A DNA stretch of 64,000 nt from an uncultured Gammaproteobacteria bacterium (lineage in GTDB: Bacteria > Cyanobacteriota > Vampirovibrionia > Gastranaerophilales > CAJFVJ01): the NCBI GenBank assembly GCA_964444415.1, contig CAYUHE010000001.1, positions 71,150-135,149 of the forward strand, given 5' to 3'. Under the pieces are notes generated by a model. The model made no database searches and was not told the origin of the DNA. It was given only the letters and a program-made list of their open reading frames with translations. How positions within the stretch are numbered: position 1 is the first letter of the stretch; each line of letters starts with the position of its first letter. A program made the translations under genes and the position numbers. This document shows positions 19,863-28,333 of the stretch, in pieces.

Positions 19863-19980
19863 GCAATTTTTACGGATGTGAAAAGATTCTGAAATGATTA
19901 ATTTCAGAATCTTTGAAACTGGACGAGGGCGACGTAAGCGGTTGCAAAGCAAACGCCACAGGAGCAATTTTACGGATGTG
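19863..19980 (+). repeat. Structured intergenic repeat, copy 2, with terminal direct repeat
   Basis: GGATGTGA AAAGATTCTGAAAT gatta ATTTCAGAATCTTT GAAACTGGAC; GCAATTTT(T)ACGGATGTG at both ends. Confidence 0.7.
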
Positions 19981-20044
19981 TCGTAAAAGTCGTTTGTTTT
20001 ATGTATTCCAATTATTTTTAAAAAAATGCTAGAATATAGGTACT

Positions 20045-21196
20045 ATGAGTTTAATTAAAGAATTTATCAAAGCTCTTCCGGCAAGTACCGATTGCGAAGT
20101 AAAAGCTATAATAAATAGTAATCAAGACTATTTATTATATAAAGGTACAATAATTGGAATAGACGATAAACTTGACATAAGAGATATTCCTCCTGAAGCA
20201 GCCGTAGAAATTATTGATGCTTCTTTTTGCAAAATAACAACAGGGCTTGTCGATACTCATACCCATGGCGGGTTTGGGTGTTATTTTAATGATTGTTCTG
20301 AAGACAGTCTATACAATCTTCTTTTTCAACTGCCAAAACATGGCATAACCTCAATATTGCCAACAGTTATGACTGGCTCTGATTATGAAATACGAAGTGC
20401 AATTTCAAAAATAAAAAATGTTGCAAATTCAGCCCCAAAAGGTGCTTGCAAAATAGAAGGCATACATCTTGAAGGTCCATATTTGGCAAAAAAATTCGGT
20501 GGGGTTCATCCTCCTGACTATCTAAAAATGCCTTCAATCGAGCATTATCAAAAAATTGAAGATGATTTTATTAAAGTTGTTACTTTGGCTCCTGAATTGG
20601 ATAAAAGTAAACTGCTTACAAATTACCTAAAATCGAAAGGTGTAATCGTTTCAGGCGGTCACTCTGAAGCTTCACCTGAAGCAATGGCAGATATTTTTCA
20701 AGTTACTCACCTGTTCAATGCTATGCTTCCTATCAACCATAGGACCCCTTCTATTACTTCTGATGCACTTTTCAGAGATGATGTAATTGTGGAAGTTATA
20801 GCAGATGGCATACACATTGATACAGAAACTCTGAAACTGATTTTCAAAATTAAAAAACCCGAAAAAGTCATACTTATCAGCGATGATCTTCCTATTGCAG
20901 GTTCTAAAGAGACAAAAGGGAACTTTGCAGGGCAAGAAATTAACATAAGAAACGGCAAAGCCCTAAACGGCAACGGTACAATTGCAGGAAGCATTAAATT
21001 CTTAGATGAAATCGGCGATAGACTAATCAAAGAAAAATTGATTAATTTTGATACTTTCATTCAATATGCATCAACTAATCCTATTAGAAATTATCACCTG
21101 AATTATGCTTTGGCTTTGGGCAAAAAAGCTGATTTAGTACTTTGGAGAGGCGATAAGCCTTACATGGCAATCATTGATGGCGTAGTAGCAGACTAA
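20045..21196 (+). CDS. nagA: N-acetylglucosamine-6-phosphate deacetylase
   Basis: DTHTHG, GIHLEGP, TLAPE, THLFNAM, IADGIH, LISD. Confidence 0.92.
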   Translation: MSLIKEFIKALPASTDCEVKAIINSNQDYLLYKGTIIGIDDKLDIRDIPPEAAVEIIDASFCKITTGLVDTHTHGGFGCYFNDCSEDSLYNLLFQLPKHGITSILPTVMTGSDYEIRSAISKIKNVANSAPKGACKIEGIHLEGPYLAKKFGGVHPPDYLKMPSIEHYQKIEDDFIKVVTLAPELDKSKLLTNYLKSKGVIVSGGHSEASPEAMADIFQVTHLFNAMLPINHRTPSITSDALFRDDVIVEVIADGIHIDTETLKLIFKIKKPEKVILISDDLPIAGSKETKGNFAGQEINIRNGKALNGNGTIAGSIKFLDEIGDRLIKEKLINFDTFIQYASTNPIRNYHLNYALALGKKADLVLWRGDKPYMAIIDGVVAD

Positions 21197-21220
21197 TTTT
21201 CTAATTTGTGCCATTTCTAT

Positions 21221-21288
21221 GACGTCCAGTGTCGTAAAAGCCCGAAAACTAATCGTTTTCGTGCCTTTACTCACATCCGAAAGGTCGC
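21221..21288 (-). repeat. Structured intergenic repeat, copy 3
   Basis: Minus strand: GCGACCTTTCGGATGTGA GTAAAGGCACGAAAAC gatta GTTTTCGGGCTTTTAC GACACTGGACGTC. Confidence 0.7.
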
Positions 21289-21394
21289 TCGCATTAAACG
21301 AGTTCTCTCTTGGCTCACGCCATTCGTTACACTCTCTGCTCGCAATCCGTTTTTTATAGTATAATTATTTTTGCTAGCAAAAAGGAAAGCAAAA

Positions 21395-22624
21395 ATGATT
21401 ATTCCGAGTATAGATATAATGGGTGGCAAAGCCGTTCAGCTTGAGCAAGGCCAAAAAAAAGTTTTAGAGAGAACTGATATTTTTGAATTAGCAGAATATT
21501 TTTCTCGTTTCGGAGAAATTGCAGTCATAGACCTCGATGCAGCTATGGGCCAAGGTGATAATGAAGCCCTTATCAAACAACTATGTGCCAAATTTTCTTG
21601 CCGTGTCGGTGGCGGAATTCGTGACATCGAAAAGGCTCAAAGACTTATTTCTTACGGCGCTCGAAAAATCATCATCGGCACAGCCGCAAATGAAGAATTT
21701 TTGTCAAAACTCCCAAAAGACAAACTAATCGTTGCAATTGATGCTAAAAACGGCAATGTAGTAACAAAAGGTTGGGCAGAAGATACAGGCGAAACTCCAG
21801 AAAACTGGATTGGGCGCTTTGATAATCTTTGCTCCGGATATCTTTATACAATCGTCGAAAAAGAAGGTATGATGGGCGGTACAGACCTTAAAGCTATCAA
21901 AAAAGTCTGCAAACTTACCAAAAATCCTATCACCGCAGCGGGCGGAATTTGTACTGTAGAAGAAATTGTCGAACTCGAAAAAATGAACATCTCATCACAA
22001 CTCGGAATGGCAATCTACACAAATGCTTTGAGCCTTGAGGATGCTTTTTGCGCTGTTTTGGATTTTAAAAAACAGCAAGGGCTCATCCCGACAATAGTAC
22101 AGGATATCAAAACCAAACAAGTCCTTATGCTGGCTTACAGCAACCAAGAAGCTGTCAGAAAAAGCCTAAAAACCGGCAAATCTACTTATTTTTCACGCTC
22201 TCGCAATGAACTTTGGACAAAAGGTGAAACTTCAGGAAATATCCAAAAACTTGTTAGTGCAAAGTTTGACTGCGATAGAGATACTCTTCTTTATAAAGTT
22301 GAACAAACAGGACCTGCTTGCCACTTAGGCAGTTTCACTTGTTTTGAAGACAGGGATTTTGTGATTGAAGATTTGTACGATTTGCTTTTAGAAAGAAAAG
22401 CAACCTTGCCTGAAAAATCATTCACCACAAAGCTTTTTAAGGATACTGGATTTTTGAATTCCAAAATTCTTGAAGAAGCAAACGAAGTCGTAGATTTTGA
22501 AAACGGCGAAGATGATTTAGGCTGGGAAACAGCCGATTTGACTTACTTTGTACTTGTTCTTATGGCAAAAAACAACGTAACACCACAAGAGGTTCTAAAT
22601 AACTTATCCTCAAGAAGAAAATAA
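21395..22624 (+). CDS. hisIE: Fused HisA-like isomerase / phosphoribosyl-AMP cyclohydrolase HisI / phosphoribosyl-ATP pyrophosphatase HisE
   Basis: MIIPSIDIMGGKAV...VGGGIR (HisA); GLIPTIVQD, SRSRNELWTKGETSGN, DCDRD, ACH...CF (HisI); SFTTKLF...ETADL (HisE). Confidence 0.9.
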   Translation: MIIPSIDIMGGKAVQLEQGQKKVLERTDIFELAEYFSRFGEIAVIDLDAAMGQGDNEALIKQLCAKFSCRVGGGIRDIEKAQRLISYGARKIIIGTAANEEFLSKLPKDKLIVAIDAKNGNVVTKGWAEDTGETPENWIGRFDNLCSGYLYTIVEKEGMMGGTDLKAIKKVCKLTKNPITAAGGICTVEEIVELEKMNISSQLGMAIYTNALSLEDAFCAVLDFKKQQGLIPTIVQDIKTKQVLMLAYSNQEAVRKSLKTGKSTYFSRSRNELWTKGETSGNIQKLVSAKFDCDRDTLLYKVEQTGPACHLGSFTCFEDRDFVIEDLYDLLLERKATLPEKSFTTKLFKDTGFLNSKILEEANEVVDFENGEDDLGWETADLTYFVLVLMAKNNVTPQEVLNNLSSRRK

Positions 22625-22627
22625 CCA

Positions 22628-23872
22628 ATGCAAATAATCAATTTCGAAAATTTAACCGCTGATTTTTATACCTATCAAGAATTTGAAGGCATCAACTCTG
22701 TCTGCGATATCATAAAAGATGTCAAAAATCGTGGTGATGAGGCAGTAATTGAATACTCGCAAAAATTCGGTGATGGTGATATAACAGCACTTGAGCTCAC
22801 CGAAGAAGAAATCGAAACAGCTATAAAATCAGTCCCTGATGATGTAATCGAGGCAATTAAAACCTCTATTGCAAACGTCAAAGCCTTTGCCCAAAAACAA
22901 TTTTTGAGCATAAATAACATCGAAATGAACCTTAACGGAGCAATTTTAGGGCATACAATAGTACCACTCGAAATAACAGGAGCTTACGTTCCTGGTGGAA
23001 ATTATCCGCTTCCTTCATCAGCCATTATGTCTGTCGTGCCAGCGAAAGTCGCAGGAGTCAAAGAAGTAATCGTCTGCTCACCAAAAATAAAGCCCGAAAC
23101 AATTGCAGCAGCAAAACTTTCAGGTGCAGACAGAATTTTCAGAGTCGGCGGAGTGCAAGCAATTGCAGCAATGGCTTATGGGACGCAAAGCATCCCGAAA
23201 GTAGACAAAATTACAGGCCCTGGAAACAAATACGTCACCGCAGCCAAAAAAGAAGTCTACGGTGTTTGCGGAATAGATTTTTTGGCAGGTCCATCAGAAG
23301 TGATGATAATCGCCGATGAAACTTCAAATGCGGAATTTATCGCAGCTGATATGCTTGCTCAATGTGAGCATGACCTTGATGCAAGAGCGTATTTGGTTAC
23401 AAATTCAACAGAATTGGTCGAAAAAGTCAAAAAAAATATCAAAAAATTCTTACCAAATCTAAAAACTGCAGAAATTGCAGCAAAATCTATCGAAAAATCA
23501 ATCGCGATAATTGTCAAAGATATTAAAGATTCAATCGAAATTGCCAATAAAAAAGCCCCTGAACACCTAGAAATTTGCTTCGCACAGGCAGAAGAATGGA
23601 TGCCAAAATTTACAAATTACGGCTCATTATTCATTGGAAATTACTCGGCAGAAGTCCTCGGTGACTACTGTTCAGGCACAAATCACGTTTTACCGACCAA
23701 TGGTATTGCCAGATATTCAGGCGGTTTAAGTGTTTTTGATTTTATCAAAATCCAAACTTTTCAGGAAGTTCCAAAAGACTCAAACCTCTTTGCTGTAGCT
23801 TCAAAAATTGCTGAAACCGAAGGGCTTATGGCTCACAAACTTTCTGCAGATTTGAGAATTTCAAATTCGTAA
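22628..23872 (+). CDS. hisD: Histidinol dehydrogenase
   Basis: YVPGG, GPGNKYV, AGPSEV, QCEHD, APEHL, GDY.SGTNHVLPT. Confidence 0.96.
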   Translation: MQIINFENLTADFYTYQEFEGINSVCDIIKDVKNRGDEAVIEYSQKFGDGDITALELTEEEIETAIKSVPDDVIEAIKTSIANVKAFAQKQFLSINNIEMNLNGAILGHTIVPLEITGAYVPGGNYPLPSSAIMSVVPAKVAGVKEVIVCSPKIKPETIAAAKLSGADRIFRVGGVQAIAAMAYGTQSIPKVDKITGPGNKYVTAAKKEVYGVCGIDFLAGPSEVMIIADETSNAEFIAADMLAQCEHDLDARAYLVTNSTELVEKVKKNIKKFLPNLKTAEIAAKSIEKSIAIIVKDIKDSIEIANKKAPEHLEICFAQAEEWMPKFTNYGSLFIGNYSAEVLGDYCSGTNHVLPTNGIARYSGGLSVFDFIKIQTFQEVPKDSNLFAVASKIAETEGLMAHKLSADLRISNS

Positions 23873-23935
23873 AATTTGGACTTTTTACCTATCCTCTAAT
23901 ATAATTAACTTATCAGAATTTAAAGGAATAAAAAA

Positions 23936-24424
23936 ATGGATGAAAAAGATTTAGAAAAAAGTACATTAGCTGACGGCTTAGGCTTGAAACTTGTTGAAGC
24001 GTTGCAAAACCAAACAAACGCCGATGGCGATTATATCGAGGAACCAGTAAAAATTTATGAGGAAAAAACTGAATTGAAATCAGAATTGCCTCAAATCAAT
24101 ATTTCCAGCGATAATTATGTCCTTTCAGAGAACGTAACCAAGCTTATTCATCTTGTAAATAGCCTGCCTGCAGATGTTTCCAAGCAAACAGGTGCTGTTA
24201 TTATCAAGCAAACTATGGAAGCTATGGGAACGTCAATGAGAGATTTGATGATTGAAGCCAAACAAGTGCAAGAAAACATCAACGGCAATATTCGCAGTTG
24301 CATGAGCGATATTGAAGAAGCCAAAGCAAGCATTAAAAGCCACGAAGCTCAAATAAAATCTTACAAAAATCTTTCGACTGAGTTGAATGATTTGGTCGGA
24401 CTGTTTATTATAACTGAGAAATAG
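23936..24424 (+). CDS. Hypothetical protein with C-terminal coiled coil
   Basis: ORF with AAGGA SD; helical C-terminus. Confidence 0.65.
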   Translation: MDEKDLEKSTLADGLGLKLVEALQNQTNADGDYIEEPVKIYEEKTELKSELPQINISSDNYVLSENVTKLIHLVNSLPADVSKQTGAVIIKQTMEAMGTSMRDLMIEAKQVQENINGNIRSCMSDIEEAKASIKSHEAQIKSYKNLSTELNDLVGLFIITEK

Positions 24425-24448
24425 TATAGAAAAGGTGTATTTACTAAA

Positions 24449-25579
24449 ATGCAAAATTTACAAAATGAAAAAGACTATAAAATCTTACAAGAAAATATAT
24501 TTGAAAAACACAAAACCGTTTTAAACCTTTTTAATCAAAACAATCCAGATATCTATATCTACGGTTGCGGAAAATATGGCGATTTAATTTTAAATATATG
24601 CAAAGAAAATAATATTAAGCCAAAAGGTTTTATAGACACCTATTCAAACGCTGAAGAAATTCAGGGATTAAAAGTTTTCAAATTCAGTGAAATTGAAAAT
24701 AAAAAATCTTTAATAATAGTTGCTTCTCTTTTTTATGCTTGTGATATTTGCCAACTTCTAAAAGTAAACGGCTTCAATAATTTACTTTCTTTCTTAATCT
24801 TATTTATCCATTATAATAAATATCTTGATGAACCTACCACCTTTGAAAACACCTTATATGATTATATTTTAGATATTGTTTCAAATTATGATAAATACAT
24901 CGAAACATTAAATTTGCTAGAGGATGAAACATCAAAACAAACCTTTAAATACCTTATGAATTTAAGAAAAAACCTTGATTATGCAAACCTCTTTAATTTA
25001 TTTCGACCAATAAGAGATATATATTTCGAAAAAGAAATATTGCACCTGACAGAAAATGAAGTTTTTTTAGATGGTGGCGGTTTTATTGGTGATACTTCTT
25101 TGCAATTTATTTCAAGGACTAATGGCAAATACAAAAAAATATTTCTTTTTGAACCCTGCAAAGAAAATATAAATGCCGCTATTTTGAACTTAAAACCATA
25201 TAAAAATATTGAATTTATTCAAAAAGGAATCAGCAACAAAAATGCTTCTGTAAATTTTGAAACAAATTTGAATAAAGCAGGATGTTATGTCTCAGAAAAA
25301 GGGAATGACTCAATAGACTTGGTAAAAATCGATTCTGTGATAGATGAGCCTGTAACTTTTATAAAATTTGATATCGAAAGTGAAGAAAAAAACGGACTTT
25401 TAGGCGCAGCTGATTTGATTAAAAAATACACCCCAAAATTAGCTATATCCGGGTATCACAAGCCCAGAGATCTTTGGGAGCTTCCACAAATTATAAAACA
25501 AATTAATCCTGATTATAAAATTTATTTTAGAATGCACGAATACTCTATAGAATCTGTATTCTATGCCATACAGCCATAA
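24449..25579 (+). CDS. FkbM-family methyltransferase with N-terminal Rossmann-like domain
   Basis: IYIYGCGKYG; FLDGGGFIGDT, FEP, FIKFDIES.E, PKLAISGYH. Confidence 0.88.
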   Translation: MQNLQNEKDYKILQENIFEKHKTVLNLFNQNNPDIYIYGCGKYGDLILNICKENNIKPKGFIDTYSNAEEIQGLKVFKFSEIENKKSLIIVASLFYACDICQLLKVNGFNNLLSFLILFIHYNKYLDEPTTFENTLYDYILDIVSNYDKYIETLNLLEDETSKQTFKYLMNLRKNLDYANLFNLFRPIRDIYFEKEILHLTENEVFLDGGGFIGDTSLQFISRTNGKYKKIFLFEPCKENINAAILNLKPYKNIEFIQKGISNKNASVNFETNLNKAGCYVSEKGNDSIDLVKIDSVIDEPVTFIKFDIESEEKNGLLGAADLIKKYTPKLAISGYHKPRDLWELPQIIKQINPDYKIYFRMHEYSIESVFYAIQP

Positions 25580-25610
25580 AAAAAACCGACTTCTTTGTGG
25601 GAAATCGGTT
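25578..25610. terminator. Rho-independent terminator (U-tract on the minus strand)
   Basis: A8-CCGACTTC tttgtgg GAAATCGGTT. Confidence 0.7.
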
Positions 25611-25720
25611 GAAGTCTTGTTGACTCCTCTAAGCGGTTAGTGAAAGGTATGTCGGTGTGTGTTGGTTGGTTGAAATCTTTTAGGTGACTTGCCTCTACTT
25701 TTTTTATTCCTCTTTACACT
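25578..25720 (-). ncRNA. Candidate small RNA (~140 nt)
   Basis: ORF-free, GC-richer island ending in a minus-strand terminator with no coding gene to terminate; AC-rich central tract. Confidence 0.4.
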
Positions 25721-25905
25721 TATATAAAAACATCCCAATATAAAAAATTGCTAAATTGGATGCATTTTATATATATTATTTTTAATATTTCTTTACATTA
25801 AATAAAAAATCATTAATTCCAGAGGTTTTTAGAGATTATTCCAAAGAATAATAATGCCAGCGTTAAATCTATGACACGCGAGAAAATTTTTGTTAGAATG
25901 TTTTT

Positions 25906-27951
25906 ATGGAAAAAATTCTTTTAATATCTAACGATAAAAATCTTAGCGACACCTGTTCTTCAGTTTTTATTAAAAATGATTATAAATTTGAAGTGGCTAA
26001 CGATAGGCACCAAATAGATTTTATTGTTACAAAATTCTCTCCTGATGTGATTTTGGTCGATATAGATTTTGAAGATACTGATATTCAGGTGCTTTGTAAT
26101 AATTTAAAGCTTTATTCTCAAAGTGATGACATTCAGCTAATCCTTATTACAAATGGTGAAAAAACGCTCATTGACGCACTAAGCAGGATTGATGGGTATA
26201 TCGTAAAACCTTTCAAAAATGAGATTTTACTCTCAACCGTCAATGCCCATATACGTACCAAAAAACGTCTGGATATGATTTTCAGTAAAACAAGTGAACT
26301 GGCAAGAAGCCTTTACCAGCTAAATGTTATGTATGATACAAGCTCACAGCTTGCAGGGACTTTGGACAAGCAAAAGCTGATAGACGTTATGAGAGAAGGC
26401 TTTGAACGCAGCATCAGTTTCGCGATGTGTGCGATTTTAATTGTTTCAAAAGATGATGTTCAACTGATTATAAACTCGCTTCACCCTGTCTCAGAAAGGC
26501 TCGAAGCGGCAATCAAACTACGCATGATGCTCAATTATAAAAATCTATTTTTTGAAAAAAGATGCCCTGTAGATTTTGTAATTGATGATATTGAAGTTAC
26601 CCGCTCCTCCAAACATTCCGATGGTACTTTCGACATAAAAATCGTTGATTTTGACACTTTATTTTCGCCAATCAGCACAACTGACAAGTTTTTTGGTCTT
26701 GTTGAAGTTTTTCGTGAAGAAAAATTTTCTCAAGAAGATGCAACATGCTTTCAAACCCTTGTGAAACAAGTTTCTTTACCGCTTGAAAGTGCCAATCTCT
26801 ATGAAGAATTGCAAAATACAAACAAAAAACTCGAAAAACTTGAACAGCTTAAGTCTGAATTCATATCAATAGTCTCTCATGAGTTGAGGACACCACTTAC
26901 AGCTATCAAAAACTCTTTGAACATTATATTAAGCGGAAAATCAGGAGAACTTCCTTCTGCTATGTCAAATTTTTTGAATATGGCAAGCAGGAATGTTTCT
27001 CGCCTTGCAGGAATTATCAATGACCTACTGGATTTGTCAAAAATTGAAGCCGGAAAAATGGATTACCGTTTTGAAAAATTTGAAATAAAAACGCCTTTGG
27101 ACAATGTTTATGGGACTTTCATTTCTATGGCGCAAGAAAAAAATATAGACTTGAGCTTTACTATTCAAACTGATTTGTCCTCTGGGTACGGGGATTTGGA
27201 TAGAATTGAGCAAGTATTATCCAACCTCGTCTCCAATGCAATAAAATTCACCACAGAAAATGGAAATATCACTATTTCAGCTCAAGATGCAACTGAAGAT
27301 GACATCAAAAATTGCCCTGCAAATCTCGGCAATGGTTACATAAAAATATCCGTAAAAGATACAGGTATTGGCATTTCATCTGAAGATATGCCAAAAGTTT
27401 TTGATAAATTCCAGCAAATTGAAAGTGCTCTTGTCAGAAAAGTCGGTGGGACAGGACTTGGTCTTTCTATTGCAAGACAACTTGTAGAAGATCACAGGGG
27501 CTGTATTTGGGTCGAAAGCGAAGTCGGGCTCGGAAGCGAATTTTCATTTTTGATACCCAAGGCTCAAGAACAAAATATTTTTGTACTTGAACTCGACAAA
27601 CTCATCCAAAAATCGAAGCAAACGCACTCTAATTTGGGTATGATTGCTATAAAAGAAAAAGGGACAGAATTTATAAGTGAATTTGTCAAAAACCCAAGCA
27701 TTGTAACTAAATATGACAAAGCGAGAATTTTTACCTCTTACGGTGAAAATTCAGCCACAATGCATATAATTTTGCCTGAAGCCAATAAAATGGCGCTGGA
27801 TATTTTACTCCAAAAAGTTAAAGAACTAATAATCTCTCAAAATTTCAAGTATAATGTTTCATTAGGAGGAGTTATTTATCCTGAAGATGCAATTAATTCG
27901 AATGAATTATTGCAAAAGATCGAAGAACATATGACAGAGTTGGTTTTGTAG
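25906..27951 (+). CDS. Hybrid sensor histidine kinase (REC-GAF-HisKA-HATPase-degenerate GGDEF-like tail)
   Basis: VILVDID...VKPF; SHELRTPLTAI; NLVSNAIKFT, DTGIGI, GGTGLGL; VSLGGVIYPEDA tail. Confidence 0.9.
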   Translation: MEKILLISNDKNLSDTCSSVFIKNDYKFEVANDRHQIDFIVTKFSPDVILVDIDFEDTDIQVLCNNLKLYSQSDDIQLILITNGEKTLIDALSRIDGYIVKPFKNEILLSTVNAHIRTKKRLDMIFSKTSELARSLYQLNVMYDTSSQLAGTLDKQKLIDVMREGFERSISFAMCAILIVSKDDVQLIINSLHPVSERLEAAIKLRMMLNYKNLFFEKRCPVDFVIDDIEVTRSSKHSDGTFDIKIVDFDTLFSPISTTDKFFGLVEVFREEKFSQEDATCFQTLVKQVSLPLESANLYEELQNTNKKLEKLEQLKSEFISIVSHELRTPLTAIKNSLNIILSGKSGELPSAMSNFLNMASRNVSRLAGIINDLLDLSKIEAGKMDYRFEKFEIKTPLDNVYGTFISMAQEKNIDLSFTIQTDLSSGYGDLDRIEQVLSNLVSNAIKFTTENGNITISAQDATEDDIKNCPANLGNGYIKISVKDTGIGISSEDMPKVFDKFQQIESALVRKVGGTGLGLSIARQLVEDHRGCIWVESEVGLGSEFSFLIPKAQEQNIFVLELDKLIQKSKQTHSNLGMIAIKEKGTEFISEFVKNPSIVTKYDKARIFTSYGENSATMHIILPEANKMALDILLQKVKELIISQNFKYNVSLGGVIYPEDAINSNELLQKIEEHMTELVL

Positions 27952-27964
27952 ATAAGGGGTATGC

Positions 27965-28333
27965 ATGCGCAAGACAGTTTTAATTGCAGATGATGAAGTT
28001 GATATTGTTGAAACACTTCAATTTATGTTGCAAGCCGAAGGATTTGACTGCAAAGTAGCTTATGACGGCGAAGAGGCTCTTGCTCTGGCAAAAAGCGTCA
28101 ATCCTGATTTGATGATTCTGGATGTTATGATGCCTAAAATCAACGGCTACAAAGTTTGCCGCTTGCTCAAATTTGATGCAAAATATCGGGATATTCCGAT
28201 TCTGATGGTGACCGCTCGCTCGCAAGATGAAGATAAAATCATCGGCGAAGAAACAGGAGCAAACGAATATATCACTAAACCTTTTGATATTGAAGCAGTA
28301 GTTAACAAAGTCAAAAAATATTTGGGTGAATGA
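27965..28333 (+). CDS. Single-domain response regulator
   Basis: IADDE, LDVMMP, VTA, ITKPF. Confidence 0.93.
   Translation: MRKTVLIADDEVDIVETLQFMLQAEGFDCKVAYDGEEALALAKSVNPDLMILDVMMPKINGYKVCRLLKFDAKYRDIPILMVTARSQDEDKIIGEETGANEYITKPFDIEAVVNKVKKYLGE

Noticed and set aside
19874-19924. Hairpin repeat family as hammerhead ribozymes
   Set aside because: Stem followed by GAAAC is suggestive, but the 5' core is GGAUGUGA rather than CUGANGA, and no stem III/UH site could be built.
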